Positions 43,705-52,210 of a stretch of 64,000 nt of DNA are shown here, piece by piece. This DNA is from an uncultured Thermoplasmata archaeon. GTDB taxonomy: Archaea; Thermoplasmatota; Thermoplasmata; UBA10834. The number at the start of each line of letters is the position of its first letter. Position 1 is the first letter of the stretch. The notes beneath the pieces are model-generated. The model worked only from the letters and a program-made list of their open reading frames with translations. It was not told the DNA's origin and searched no databases. The stretch is taken from the NCBI GenBank assembly GCA_964488505.1, contig CAZAUI010000007.1:725-64724 (forward strand), given 5' to 3'. The translations under genes and the position numbers were made by a program.

Positions 43705-44816
43705 GAGGCCTCACCAGCCAGCCGGTTCCTTCTGAGGAGGTACAGGAAGAACGGGCCGCCACAGAGCGCCGTAATGATCCCGACCGGGAGTTCCGTAGGG
43801 GCTATCACGGTCCTCGCGGCCGTGTCCGCCCATATCAGGAAGATCGCCCCTGACAGGGTCGCGGCCGGCACCAGGATCCTGTGGTCGGCCCCGACCACGA
43901 GCCGGACCATGTGCGGGATTATCAGTCCGACGAAGCCGATGACGCCCGTGAAGGCGACAGCCGCGGCGGTCATCACGGCAGCGACGACGAGCATGAGCGT
44001 CTTCAGGCCCTCAGGGTCGACGCCCAGGTTGTGGGCGGTCTCCTCCCCCAGCAACAAGGCGTTCATGTCCCTGCTCGAGATGAACACGAGGATGATCCCG
44101 ATTGCAGCCGCGATAGCGACGACCGCGACCGCGGACCAAGACGCTAGCGAGAGACTCCCCAGGAGCCAGAAGATTATCCTGTGGTACTGCTGGCCCGCGA
44201 AGTATATCATGACGGACACCACGGCGCCGAGGAAAGCAGCGACGGCTACCCCCGACAGCAGGAGCGTGTTGACGTACACCTTCCCGCCTACCACGCCGAG
44301 CGAGTAGACCACGAAGACCGTCAGCAGCGCGGTCGTGAACGCGAGCGCCGGCGTGATGAGGGCGCCGATGACAGCCACCGTCGCGAACCCCAGCAGGCCT
44401 GCGGCGACAGCGCCGACCGAGGCCCCGGAGGACACGCCGACGATGTATGGGTCTGCCATCGGGTTCCTGAAGACTGCCTGCATCGCGGTCCCGGCGCATG
44501 CTAGTGATGCGCCTACAGCGGCCGCGAGCAAGACCCTCGGTATGCGGACCTCCCAGATCACGTTCGAGTAGTACTCGGGCCAGTCGCCCTGCTCATGGAA
44601 TATCACCCCCAGGGCCTCCCTGAAGGACATGTACTCGGGGATGCCGGGCCCTATGGGCCCGAGGGTGCCGACCAGGACCGCTACGACCGCAGACGCTAGC
44701 AGCCCGATTGCGAGCGTGACAAGCCAGACGAACCTCCGTCTCATCAGCTTGGGGAAGTCGACCCCAGCGGTCCCGGCATCATCCCTTCGGGGTGACATCG
44801 CTTGCTCCCGGCTCAC
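43701..44816 (-). CDS. FecCD/BtuC-family ABC permease (iron-siderophore / cobalamin type)
   Basis: A polytopic protein with the typical ...RIPRVLLAAAVGASLACAGTAMQAVFRNPMADPYI(L)GVSSGA... motif. Confidence 0.92.
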   Translation of the reverse strand: MSREQAMSPRRDDAGTAGVDFPKLMRRRFVWLVTLAIGLLASAVVAVLVGTLGPIGPGIPEYMSFREALGVIFHEQGDWPEYYSNVIWEVRIPRVLLAAAVGASLACAGTAMQAVFRNPMADPYIVGVSSGASVGAVAAGLLGFATVAVIGALITPALAFTTALLTVFVVYSLGVVGGKVYVNTLLLSGVAVAAFLGAVVSVMIYFAGQQYHRIIFWLLGSLSLASWSAVAVVAIAAAIGIILVFISSRDMNALLLGEETAHNLGVDPEGLKTLMLVVAAVMTAAAVAFTGVIGFVGLIIPHMVRLVVGADHRILVPAATLSGAIFLIWADTAARTVIAPTELPVGIITALCGGPFFLYLLRRNRLAGEAS

Positions 44817-45763
44817 GGGAACAGCTCAGGATGGACTATCTCCGCGAGCAGTTCGAGACAGTCGACTATCCTGGGGCCGTACCTGCTGATGAGGTTGGCA
44901 TCCATGCCGTATATGTCGCCGTCTATGACGGCGTCGACCACGTCCCAGCCCGGTCGGTCTATGTAAGTGTCCTCGCTGAGGGTCGACCACCGACCAGTAG
45001 TGTATATGATGATCTCAGGGTCCTGCGCGATGACGAACTCGCTCTCGACCATCGGGTACTCCGAGCTGGTGTTGTGGGCGATGTTGATGCCGCCCGCTGC
45101 CATGATCAGGTCGTCCCCGAAGGACCCTGGACCGTAGGTCCAAAGGCCCATGAACTCGTCATATTCGATGTAGACCCTCGGCTTCGCCGTGGCAGGGTCG
45201 AGCGTCTTGGCCTTGACGGCGTCGATCCTCTCAGAGAGGTTGGTTGCGAGCTCGTCGGCTTCGGTTACATGGCCTGTGATCACGCCTGCGAGCCTGACCG
45301 TCTTCAGGACGTCCTCGAGAGTCCTGTCCGCCAGGAGCACATACGGGATGCCCTGTGACTCGAGCTGTTCCAGTTGCGCGAGCGGGACGAGGTCTCCTCC
45401 GACAATCAGGTCCGGCTGCAGCGCTATGATCGCCTCGAGGTTGAGCGTGTAGTCGCCCACCTTGGGCAGGGCGATGGCCTCCTCGGGGTAGTCACTGTAG
45501 TTGTCCACGCCCACGATCTGCGGGCCGGCGCCTATTGCGAACAGTATCTCGGTCGGCGAGGGCGCGATCGAGACTATCCTCTCCGGTATGGCCGCGAGCG
45601 TCACGGTCCTACCGTAGTCGTCGACGACCGTGAAACCCTCACCAGTCTCGGACACCATCGCGCCGACGAAGTACCCGCCTGTGAACGCCGCGACGCCCGT
45701 CAGCGCCACGACCAGGACTGTCCAAACCGTCTTCGATGTCTTGCTCATGCCTCTTGATGACAT
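44813..45763 (-). CDS. Cluster-A/class-III periplasmic-binding-protein (BtuF/FhuD-like) substrate-binding lipoprotein/anchor
   Basis: The N-terminal anchor is followed by GRTVTLAAIPERIVSIAPSPTEILFAIGAGPQIVGV...DLIVG, the PBP_2 (Peripla_BP_2) pattern. AAAGGAGG lies 9 nt upstream. Confidence 0.88.
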   Translation of the reverse strand: MSSRGMSKTSKTVWTVLVVALTGVAAFTGGYFVGAMVSETGEGFTVVDDYGRTVTLAAIPERIVSIAPSPTEILFAIGAGPQIVGVDNYSDYPEEAIALPKVGDYTLNLEAIIALQPDLIVGGDLVPLAQLEQLESQGIPYVLLADRTLEDVLKTVRLAGVITGHVTEADELATNLSERIDAVKAKTLDPATAKPRVYIEYDEFMGLWTYGPGSFGDDLIMAAGGINIAHNTSSEYPMVESEFVIAQDPEIIIYTTGRWSTLSEDTYIDRPGWDVVDAVIDGDIYGMDANLISRYGPRIVDCLELLAEIVHPELFP

Positions 45764-45902
45764 TGCCTGTGCCTCCTTTGTAAAGCAGACTTGAAATATT
45801 GAAAGTGTATTTTAATCTTTCCGCGCGGGAGGGGGCGCCGGACAGGGTCGAGGAGGTAAAACTGAAGGGAAGCGGTTTGGAGGCGGGGGCGGCCGAGTGT
45901 CC

Positions 45903-47243
45903 TCACTTGGCCTTCGTGGCCTCTGCGAAGCTCTCCTCGAGGATGTCCATCGCCTGCTCCAGCAGCTCGTCTGGCATGATCATCGACGGATGCATCCTGA
46001 TCACGTTGTCATAGGTGCCGCATGTGAGGAGCAGCAGCCCCTTCTTCAGCGCCGCGGCCTTGATGGCCTTGGCCTCGTTCACGGCGGGCGTCTTCGCCTT
46101 CGGGTCGCTGACCAGCTCCACTGCCATCATGGCGCCCATGCCCCTGACGTCGCCGATGATCGGGAAGCGCTTCTGCAGCTCCATGAGCCTCCTCGTCATG
46201 TAGGCGTTCACCTTCGGCACGTTCTTCAACGCCTTCTCGATGATTGGCCACTGCGCCAGTGCCGCGGAGCACGCGACCGGGTTGCCTCCGAAGGTGCCGC
46301 CGAGGCCGCCGACCTGCGGGGCGTCCATGATCTCCGGCTTGCCCGTCGTGGCTGACACCGGGAACCCTCCGCCGATGCCCTTCCCGCTCACGAGCATGTC
46401 GGGTTCGACCCCGGGCCAGTGCTCCACGCACCACATCCTGCCCGTCCTCCCGGCACCCGTCTGTATCTCGTCGTCTATGTACACGGCCCCGTGCTTCTTG
46501 CAGATCTTCGTCACCTTGGCGTAGAACTCCTTCGGCGGGACTATGAACCCGCCCTCGCCCGCGATCGGCTCGCCTATGAGGCACGCGACCTTGCCCTGGA
46601 ACTGCGGCTTTGACCATGTCTCGTCGATCTTGTCCGCGCACGCGATGCCGCATGACGGATATGTCATGTTGAGTGGGCACCTGTAGCAGTATGCGAAATC
46701 CACCTTGTATGTCTCGGGGAGCGGTCCGAACCCGGCCTTGTACGGCATCTCCTTGGACGTGAGGGCCATGGCCATCATCGTCCTTCCGTGGAACGCGTGG
46801 ACGAACGAGAAGGCGGCCGGCTTCTTCGTGAAGTGCCTCGAGATCTTGACCGAGTTCTCCACGGCCTCGGCGCCCGAGTTGTACAGGACCGACTTCGTGA
46901 GACCTTTGCCGGGAGCGCTCTCCGCGAGCTTCTGGGAGAGCCGCAGGTAGCTCTCGTAGGGAGTCACCTGGAAGCACAGATGGAGGAACTTGTCCGCCTG
47001 GGCCTTCACCGCGGCCACGACCTCCGGGGGCCTGTTGCCCACGTTGTTCACGCCGATCCCGCTGCCCATGTCGATGAAGACGTTGCCGTCCACGTCGTGC
47101 AGGAGCGAGCCCTCGGCCTTCTCCATGTACACCGGGGCGACGATGCCCACTCCTTTCGACAGATACTTCTCCCTCAGCTTGTTGAGCTCCACGGACTTGG
47201 GCCCGGGGACCTCTGTCTTGATTGAAGCTTTTTGCGCTACCAT
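45903..47243 (-). CDS. Class-III PLP aminotransferase (4-aminobutyrate/omega-aminotransferase-like)
   Basis: Motifs seen: EVPGPKSVELNKLREKYL, NSGAEAVENSVKISR, VYIDDEIQTGAGRTGRMW and GKGIGGGFP. It is a paralogue of 10186..11586. Both share AYCYRCPL..YPSCG.AC. Confidence 0.88.
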   Translation of the reverse strand: MVAQKASIKTEVPGPKSVELNKLREKYLSKGVGIVAPVYMEKAEGSLLHDVDGNVFIDMGSGIGVNNVGNRPPEVVAAVKAQADKFLHLCFQVTPYESYLRLSQKLAESAPGKGLTKSVLYNSGAEAVENSVKISRHFTKKPAAFSFVHAFHGRTMMAMALTSKEMPYKAGFGPLPETYKVDFAYCYRCPLNMTYPSCGIACADKIDETWSKPQFQGKVACLIGEPIAGEGGFIVPPKEFYAKVTKICKKHGAVYIDDEIQTGAGRTGRMWCVEHWPGVEPDMLVSGKGIGGGFPVSATTGKPEIMDAPQVGGLGGTFGGNPVACSAALAQWPIIEKALKNVPKVNAYMTRRLMELQKRFPIIGDVRGMGAMMAVELVSDPKAKTPAVNEAKAIKAAALKKGLLLLTCGTYDNVIRMHPSMIMPDELLEQAMDILEESFAEATKAK

Positions 47244-47357
47244 CGGAACACCTCGAAGTTCATGCGACCAAACATCGCTTCTGTCGCTGATGGTTGAAAC
47301 AATAGATATTACTTTAGGATTACGGTCAAACGGCTCGTTCCGGCTTATAAGGGGGAT

Positions 47358-48524
47358 TCAACGGTCGACCGGTGTCGCTTTGTGGGTCTCGGCGGGCGAA
47401 CCTGCCACAGCGTCCGAAGGCGATCTCAAGGACGAGGCGCTCTCGTCGGCCTTCTCCCTCATCCTCAGGGCGAGGAAGACGCCCGCCACGGTCAGGGGCG
47501 CGAGGCTGCTCTTGACCGCGACGAAGAGGAACGTGACGGTCGCCAACATCACCCTGTCGTTCATGCTCCTGACCCAGAGGCCTATCACGACCGCCGCAGC
47601 GGTGAGACCGAACCCGATCATCGCGAAGTACGTGCTCCCCGAAGCGATCTCGCTCAGCAATGTGCCACCTGCAGATGTGCCCACGCGCAGGTCCTCGCTC
47701 GTGTGGAAGAACACCGCGGCGTCCATCACCGTGGAGATCCCGAACGGCAACATCACCAGCACGGCGGCCGCCGCCGAGACCCCGGCGGCGATCGCCGTCT
47801 CGGACAGCTTGCGCCAGTCCCTCTTCGAGGCTGAAGACTGCAGGAAGAACAGGAGCATGACCAGGAACGGGATCGCGGCGTACACCTTGGTCAGGACAGC
47901 CATGGCCATGATGATCAGCGAGAGGGCTTCCGGATGCCACTTGACCTTGTGGAGGACGAAGACTGAGCCCATCATGAAGAACAGCGTCAGGGAGGCGTTG
48001 TCCATCGAGTAGAACAGCATCACCGTCCCCGCAATCGGGACGAACGGGAGCCAGGGCGAGCGGGTCAGGTACCTGATCATGAGCATGGCGAGCCCGGCGA
48101 ACACCATGTTCGCGACCACGAACCAGACGGGCGACCCCAACGATCCCAAGACGGCCTCCGCGCCGACATAGGTGAGCAGGTCGAGGGGCATGTAGTTGTA
48201 CGGGCCCAGGCTCCAATCGACGCCGGGGTGATACTTGCTCTTGAACCTGGGGACGACGTAGTCTTCGTAGGGGTTAACGTCGTTGTTCACGCTGGCGACC
48301 GCGCTCTCGACGGCGTCGTCTATGTCGTGTATCTCCGCGAAATGGTCGAAGTTGAAGGCGTACCAGACCGCGAAGGCCACGAACACCGCCCAGAGGAAGA
48401 GCGTGAGGGCCGGCCCCCAACGCTTGAGGGCGGCTATGAGGCGGCCGAACTTCTTGACCCTGATGCTGAGGACCCAGATGAGGACGATAGCCGCCAGTAT
48501 TCCGTTGTACAGGACGTCTATCAT
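47358..48524 (-). CDS. Polytopic membrane protein, GT-C-like (DUF2029/mannosyltransferase-like) - tentative
   Basis: About 10 TM segments with an extracytoplasmic loop after TM1 (...DDAVESAVASVNNDVNPYEDYVVP...GPYNYMPL). The family call is by general resemblance only. Confidence 0.55.
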   Translation of the reverse strand: MIDVLYNGILAAIVLIWVLSIRVKKFGRLIAALKRWGPALTLFLWAVFVAFAVWYAFNFDHFAEIHDIDDAVESAVASVNNDVNPYEDYVVPRFKSKYHPGVDWSLGPYNYMPLDLLTYVGAEAVLGSLGSPVWFVVANMVFAGLAMLMIRYLTRSPWLPFVPIAGTVMLFYSMDNASLTLFFMMGSVFVLHKVKWHPEALSLIIMAMAVLTKVYAAIPFLVMLLFFLQSSASKRDWRKLSETAIAAGVSAAAAVLVMLPFGISTVMDAAVFFHTSEDLRVGTSAGGTLLSEIASGSTYFAMIGFGLTAAAVVIGLWVRSMNDRVMLATVTFLFVAVKSSLAPLTVAGVFLALRMREKADESASSLRSPSDAVAGSPAETHKATPVDR

Positions 48525-48653
48525 GCTCAGCTACCCCCAGTCAGCGCTCCTGGGCGACGGGTGCTGACTCGCGCCAGGCAACCCGGGCCGCGCCTCCGCG
48601 AGCATTAACATCCCAAGTGCCCTATAATACACTTCCTGAGGGCCGAGTCCGCC

Positions 48654-49439
48654 TCAGTAATACCCTGCGACTCTGCTGTTCGGGGATTGGCCCCTGCTCT
48701 GCCTGGCGGTATCCTTGTGCAGGACCTTGAGCTGCGCCTCGAGCCTCTCCGCCTCCTTGCAGAGCGGCTCCACGTTCAGGTTCATGTGCAGGACCATCTG
48801 GTCTATCGCCGCCAGTATCAGCGCTGCGGCTCGGGCGTCGGCCACGTCCGGCCTCGCCTCCGCGAGGAGCGTGATCACATCCACCTGACGCCTCTTGCCT
48901 TCGTTGAGCAGGACGCCGGCGGTCCCCGATATGACGCCCTCCAGGAACGGCTCCGCGTCGGCCTCCTTGAGCAGCTCCTGGGCGGTCTCCGTGCTCCCTA
49001 TGCCGTAAACGGCCACCTCAGCCTCAGCCTCTTCTTCAGGGCTCTGCTCCTCCTCGTCCCTCTCGACGATGAGGCCGCCCGCGGATATGACGAGCCTGCA
49101 CCTCTGTGCGATCGCGAAGTCTATCATCGCGGTGCCTAGCGGCCTGAGGAGTTGCGCCGAGGGCTGTATCTCCGTCGAGAAGACGACCACCTGCTGCTCC
49201 CCGTCCTTCAGACGCGGGCGCGCGTAGACGCGCGCGGGGCCCAGCGGCTCCGAGCCCCTTATCAACGAGACAGTGGGGAAAAGGTCCGAATCCATGACCG
49301 CCACGTACTCCATCTTCAGGAGGGCGATCAGGTAGTTGGCCACGATCGAGCTCACGAGGCCCACGCTCGGGAAACCGTCTATGACGACTGCGTTCCTGAG
49401 GTCGGTCTTCTTCAGCTCGACTATCTCTATCTCGGCCAT
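48654..49439 (-). CDS. PAC2-family (proteasome assembly chaperone-like) protein
   Basis: LRNAVVIDGFPSVGLVSSIVANYLIALLKMEYVAVMDSDLFP is the typical PAC2 N-terminal pattern. Confidence 0.75.
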   Translation of the reverse strand: MAEIEIVELKKTDLRNAVVIDGFPSVGLVSSIVANYLIALLKMEYVAVMDSDLFPTVSLIRGSEPLGPARVYARPRLKDGEQQVVVFSTEIQPSAQLLRPLGTAMIDFAIAQRCRLVISAGGLIVERDEEEQSPEEEAEAEVAVYGIGSTETAQELLKEADAEPFLEGVISGTAGVLLNEGKRRQVDVITLLAEARPDVADARAAALILAAIDQMVLHMNLNVEPLCKEAERLEAQLKVLHKDTARQSRGQSPNSRVAGYY

Positions 49440-49532
49440 CTGTTCCCTTTAGGGAGGTGCACCGCTTTTAAGTTAACTCCAGGCCAGGAGGGGTGTCTCA
49501 CGCAGGCCCGGGGCGGACCCGCGCAACCAAGC

Positions 49533-49540
49533 TTTAATAG
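49533..49540 (+). promoter_or_regulatory. TATA-like box upstream of tRNA-Arg
   Basis: TTTAATAG lies 32-39 nt upstream of tRNA position 1. Confidence 0.45.
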
Positions 49541-49610
49541 AGGGGTGTTTCATCTACAATGAGGCCAGCGTGGGCCGGTGGCTTAGTCAGGATATAGCAC
49601 TGGCCTTCTA

Positions 49611-49637
49611 ATCCGCCCCTGAAGGGGCGGTGAGGCA
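49611..49637 (+). other. tRNA-Arg intron 1 (canonical position 37/38, 27 nt)
   Basis: BHB layout: the outer helix is the anticodon stem and the bulges are CAA (49636-38) and TAA (49609-11). The central helix is 4 bp, 49605-08 paired with 49632-35. The inner hairpin is CCGCCCC-tgaa-GGGGCGG. Confidence 0.75.
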
Positions 49638-49659
49638 AGCCAGTGGTCTCGGGTTCGAA

Positions 49660-49681
49660 AGGCGTCCGAAGCGCCCGAAAG
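49660..49681 (+). other. tRNA-Arg intron 2 (T-loop, between positions 59 and 60, 22 nt)
   Basis: BHB layout: the outer helix is the T-stem (49649-53 with 49683-87) and the bulges are AGT (49680-82) and AAA (49658-60). The central helix is TTCG (49654-57) paired with CGAA (49676-79). The inner helix is GGCG (49661-64) paired with CGCC (49672-75). Confidence 0.7.
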
Positions 49682-49713
49682 TCCCGACCGGCCCGCCTAG
49701 GCCTCCAAAAGAC

Positions 49714-49721
49714 ATATAAAA
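49714..49721 (+). promoter_or_regulatory. TATA box upstream of rpl41e
   Basis: ATATAAAA lies 43-50 nt upstream of ATG 49764. Confidence 0.5.
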
Positions 49722-49763
49722 GGGGGGCGTTGTACGCCCAAAAGACGCTAGGGAGTCTGACTC

Positions 49764-49871
49764 ATGAAGAGGAGCTCACGTGCCTGGAAGAAGCGCGGCA
49801 AACAGAGATGGAAGTGGCGCAAGAAGAAGATGAGGAGACGGAAGAGAGCTCAGAAGCTGAGGAAGAAGTAG
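49764..49871 (+). CDS. rpl41e: Ribosomal protein eL41 (L41e)
   Basis: Hand-translated 35-aa ORF (not in the track): MKRSSRAWKKRGKQRWKWRKKKMRRRKRAQKLRKK. It matches the archaeal L41e pattern KRS.R.WKK.G..RWKW.KK..RR.KR. Confidence 0.8.
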   Translation: MKRSSRAWKKRGKQRWKWRKKKMRRRKRAQKLRKK

Positions 49872-49893
49872 GCTCACCGGCGTCCAAACCACT

Positions 49894-50069
49894 GGGGGTA
49901 TGGGGTAACCTGGTATCCTTACGGGCTCCAGTTATGGGAATGATTTCCGTTGGGTTTGCTGACCAGTGATGAGTAACTGGAGCGATGACCCATAGTCCGT
50001 ATAAACGCGCGGAGTCGCTCTCCGCGTGGAGGAAACCCGTCGATGGGGGTTCAAATCCCTCTGCCCCCA
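49894..50069 (+). tRNA. tRNA-Trp (anticodon CCA) with a 103-nt intron carrying a box C/D guide RNA
   Basis: Hand fold. The acceptor is GGGGGTA/TGCCCCC. The D-loop has A14, G18, G19 and A21. The anticodon arm is ACGGG-CTCCAG[intron 49932-50034]A-CCCGT and the T-arm is GGGGG-TTCAAAT-CCCTC. The 3' intron boundary is uncertain by about 1 nt because of an AAA run. Confidence 0.9.
49932..50034 (+). ncRNA. Box C/D sRNA embedded in the tRNA-Trp intron (predicted guides for 2'-O-methylation of C34 and position 39)
   Basis: Boxes: AATGATT (49939-45, degenerate C), CTGA (49959-62), GTGATGA (49966-72) and ATGA (49985-88, degenerate D). Guide TAACTGGAGC (49974-83) is a perfect complement of pre-tRNA 49925-34. 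The fifth nt upstream of ATGA pairs with C34. Guide GGGTTT (49952-57) pairs with AAACCC (50033-38), and the fifth nt upstream of CTGA pairs with position 39. Confidence 0.75.
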
Positions 50070-50159
50070 CTCCTAGCCTCGTGCCGCCTCAGGCTGTCGG
50101 CTGTACAAGGTACTTATAGCCATCAGCGAATTGCCCTTTCAGGGTCGCGGGGGAAAGGT

Positions 50160-50855
50160 ATGCTCCGGAGGATGGTTTCGTTTGCCGAGAGATATCCCAA
50201 GAATGCTGCCAAGGCGATATTGGCGCTCGCCGTCGCCCTCGCTCTGATCGTGCTTGGCGCCCTCGTCGCCATCCTGGATATCGGAGGACTGTTCTCACCG
50301 CCGGATCCGTCCGAGACAACTCCGCTGAGCTGGGATGACGGTTCAGTCACATGGACGGCAGCTGAAACAGTCATATTCGCGGAGAACCACACGCTTACTG
50401 CAGTCGGCGACGATGATCCTTCCGACTTGTATGAGGAATTCGGTGGCTGGGGACGCAATTACAGCGACATGTGCTTCTCGTGGGGTCATTCACACGGAAC
50501 GATTGGCGGACTAGTTGTCAATGAGTCGGAGCAGCAGGAGCTGAGTCTGGGCTTCGAAGCCACGGTAGTTAGCATCGTGGGCGGGATAATCGTTGACAAT
50601 CATGAATTCGACCTGAGTCTCGAAATCACCGACATTCAAGGAAACGGCGCTTTCGACAGGGGCGATCGAATCATCTTCAAGGTGCCCCCAAGCGCAGTCT
50701 CGTCCGTCTACGCGGACGATGTCTACACACTTGCACTCTGCTATCTCGGGGAGCGTTTTGCGTATGTCGGCGAGTTCAGCTTCGCATTCCATGACGGGGA
50801 GTTCTACTCGTGGGAGAGCGAAGTCCTGAGTTGGGACCAGCCCTGGTGGGAATAG
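50160..50855 (+). CDS. Hypothetical N-terminally anchored extracytoplasmic protein
   Basis: The start is taken at ATG 50160 (MLRRMVSFAERYPKNAAKAILALAVALALIVLGALVAIL). The track start at 50043 lies inside tRNA-Trp. No family was recognised. Confidence 0.6.
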   Translation: MLRRMVSFAERYPKNAAKAILALAVALALIVLGALVAILDIGGLFSPPDPSETTPLSWDDGSVTWTAAETVIFAENHTLTAVGDDDPSDLYEEFGGWGRNYSDMCFSWGHSHGTIGGLVVNESEQQELSLGFEATVVSIVGGIIVDNHEFDLSLEITDIQGNGAFDRGDRIIFKVPPSAVSSVYADDVYTLALCYLGERFAYVGEFSFAFHDGEFYSWESEVLSWDQPWWE

Positions 50856-51022
50856 GGTCATCGAGATTGCGTATCGCACAGTCATCCTGGGCTCACTGAG
50901 AGGGTATGATGAAAGCGTTCGTCCCGGAAAGGAATCCTGTTTGATCCCCTCGGCCCCTCAGACATACAGGCTTGGCAGTAGCTCGAACCCCTAGGGCTAC
51001 CAAGAGGCATAGCCGACCCAGT

Positions 51023-51715
51023 TCAGCCGTTGGGCGGGACCTCCACCTGCAGGAATCTGAAGCTTGTTATGAACATGAGGGATGAGAGAAGGTCGCTCCT
51101 GCCATCGTACTCCTTCGGTAAGAGCACACGCCATTGGACGTAATACGGGATCTGAATCGTCCTCGGCTCGCCCGGGTCCAACAACTTCGCCTTCTTCCGG
51201 CGCTTGTAGTCCGCCCTCGCCTCATCGATCTTGTCGTTCAGTTCCTTCGGGATGTCTCGACGGAGGAGGCCGGCCTGCCTGATATCTGCTGGACCATACT
51301 CCCCCTCCCACAAGACCTCGGCCCCGCCGGAACCGGTCGCGCAGGACAGAGCCGTGGTCAAGAGCTTGGCTTCGAACGACATCTCCCCGCCCTTGGTGAA
51401 CGAGACATTCATCCTCGTACGCGACAGGTTCATGGAGTATCTCGCGACCGGTGTCCCGCCGAGGGTCACCTCGAACGGCCCCAGCAACGAGGGTTTCGCG
51501 ACCTCCATCCTGCCCCATGGAGTGTCAGCGGCCGCACGGTTGTGCCCGAACTCCTGAAATGATATCGGGCCGACCATCGCCCCGTTGCCTTTCCTCACCT
51601 CGAAGGAGTTCTCCTCGGGGGTTGCGTGATTGGGGTCGTAAGGCGAGTTGAAGTCGAGAGACAGACGGGTGTTCCTGCGAAGGATGTGCCCATCCGTACG
51701 CTTGATTTCCTCCAT
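51023..51715 (-). CDS. Hypothetical protein (230 aa, no recognised family)
   Basis: The composition is coding-like. A TATA-like ATGATATAC lies about 25-33 nt upstream of the ATG, suggesting a leaderless transcript. Confidence 0.6.
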   Translation of the reverse strand: MEEIKRTDGHILRRNTRLSLDFNSPYDPNHATPEENSFEVRKGNGAMVGPISFQEFGHNRAAADTPWGRMEVAKPSLLGPFEVTLGGTPVARYSMNLSRTRMNVSFTKGGEMSFEAKLLTTALSCATGSGGAEVLWEGEYGPADIRQAGLLRRDIPKELNDKIDEARADYKRRKKAKLLDPGEPRTIQIPYYVQWRVLLPKEYDGRSDLLSSLMFITSFRFLQVEVPPNG

Positions 51716-51828
51716 GCTGAGTCGAATATCGCCCGCCGTATATCATGATGTCTAGGCACCTTCGTGGACTGGCGCGCAATCGATGAACATGGTCCATCTT
51801 ATTATGTCCGCACGGCTCTGTCCGTGCC

Positions 51829-52167
51829 GTGTCTGGGATCGTGTTCATGGCCACGCGGGCGCTGGAGACTGTCGAAGGATTCTACGTCTCGAGGATGGGC
51901 ATGGAGGTCTGGATAAGGCAGGAGGATTGCGTGGTCCTCCGACACGGGGACATGGCCCTCGGCTTCTGCCAGAGGGAGGATGCGGACACGGGCGGCACTA
52001 TCACGTTCCTGTGCGAGACCGACGAGCAGGTGAACGACCTGTACCGGAAGCTGCGGGACGTCGCCGAGGGGGCGCCCGCTCTGAGCGAGAAGTACAGGAT
52101 ATACCACTTCTTCCTCCGAGACCCGGAAGGGCGCCGGCTCGAGGTCCAACGTTTCCTGGACCTCTGA
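51829..52167 (+). CDS. Glyoxalase/bleomycin-resistance (VOC) family protein
   Basis: TVEGFYVSRMGMEVWIRQEDCVVLRHGDMALGFCQ...YHFFLRDPEGRRLEVQRF shows the paired beta-alpha-beta-beta-beta VOC pattern. An alternative start is ATG 51847. Confidence 0.8.
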   Translation: MSGIVFMATRALETVEGFYVSRMGMEVWIRQEDCVVLRHGDMALGFCQREDADTGGTITFLCETDEQVNDLYRKLRDVAEGAPALSEKYRIYHFFLRDPEGRRLEVQRFLDL

Positions 52168-52210
52168 ATGGCGGGGCGCGCAAGGGAATAATAGCGCGAC
52201 GCCGCTAACC

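Larger units (their letters stand above)
49572..49695 (+). tRNA. tRNA-Arg (anticodon TCT) with two introns: canonical 37/38 and a second one in the T-loop (59/60)
   Basis: Hand fold. The acceptor is GGGCCGG/CCGGCCC. The anticodon arm is CTGGC-CTTCTA[27-nt intron]A-GCCAG. The T-arm is TCGGG-TTCGAA[22-nt intron]T-CCCGA. Both insertions can be drawn as helix-bulge(3)-helix(4 bp)-bulge(3)-helix. Confidence 0.8.

Noticed and set aside
42463-44307. 614-aa ORF antisense to the ABC ATPase and permease genes
   Set aside because: It spans two well-supported minus-strand genes. The R/G/H/D-rich translation lacks motifs. It is a high-GC antisense artefact.
49643-50070. Track ORFs 49643..49969 (+) and 49762..50070 (-)
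   Set aside because: They overlap tRNA-Arg, rpl41e and tRNA-Trp, which explain the sequence much better.
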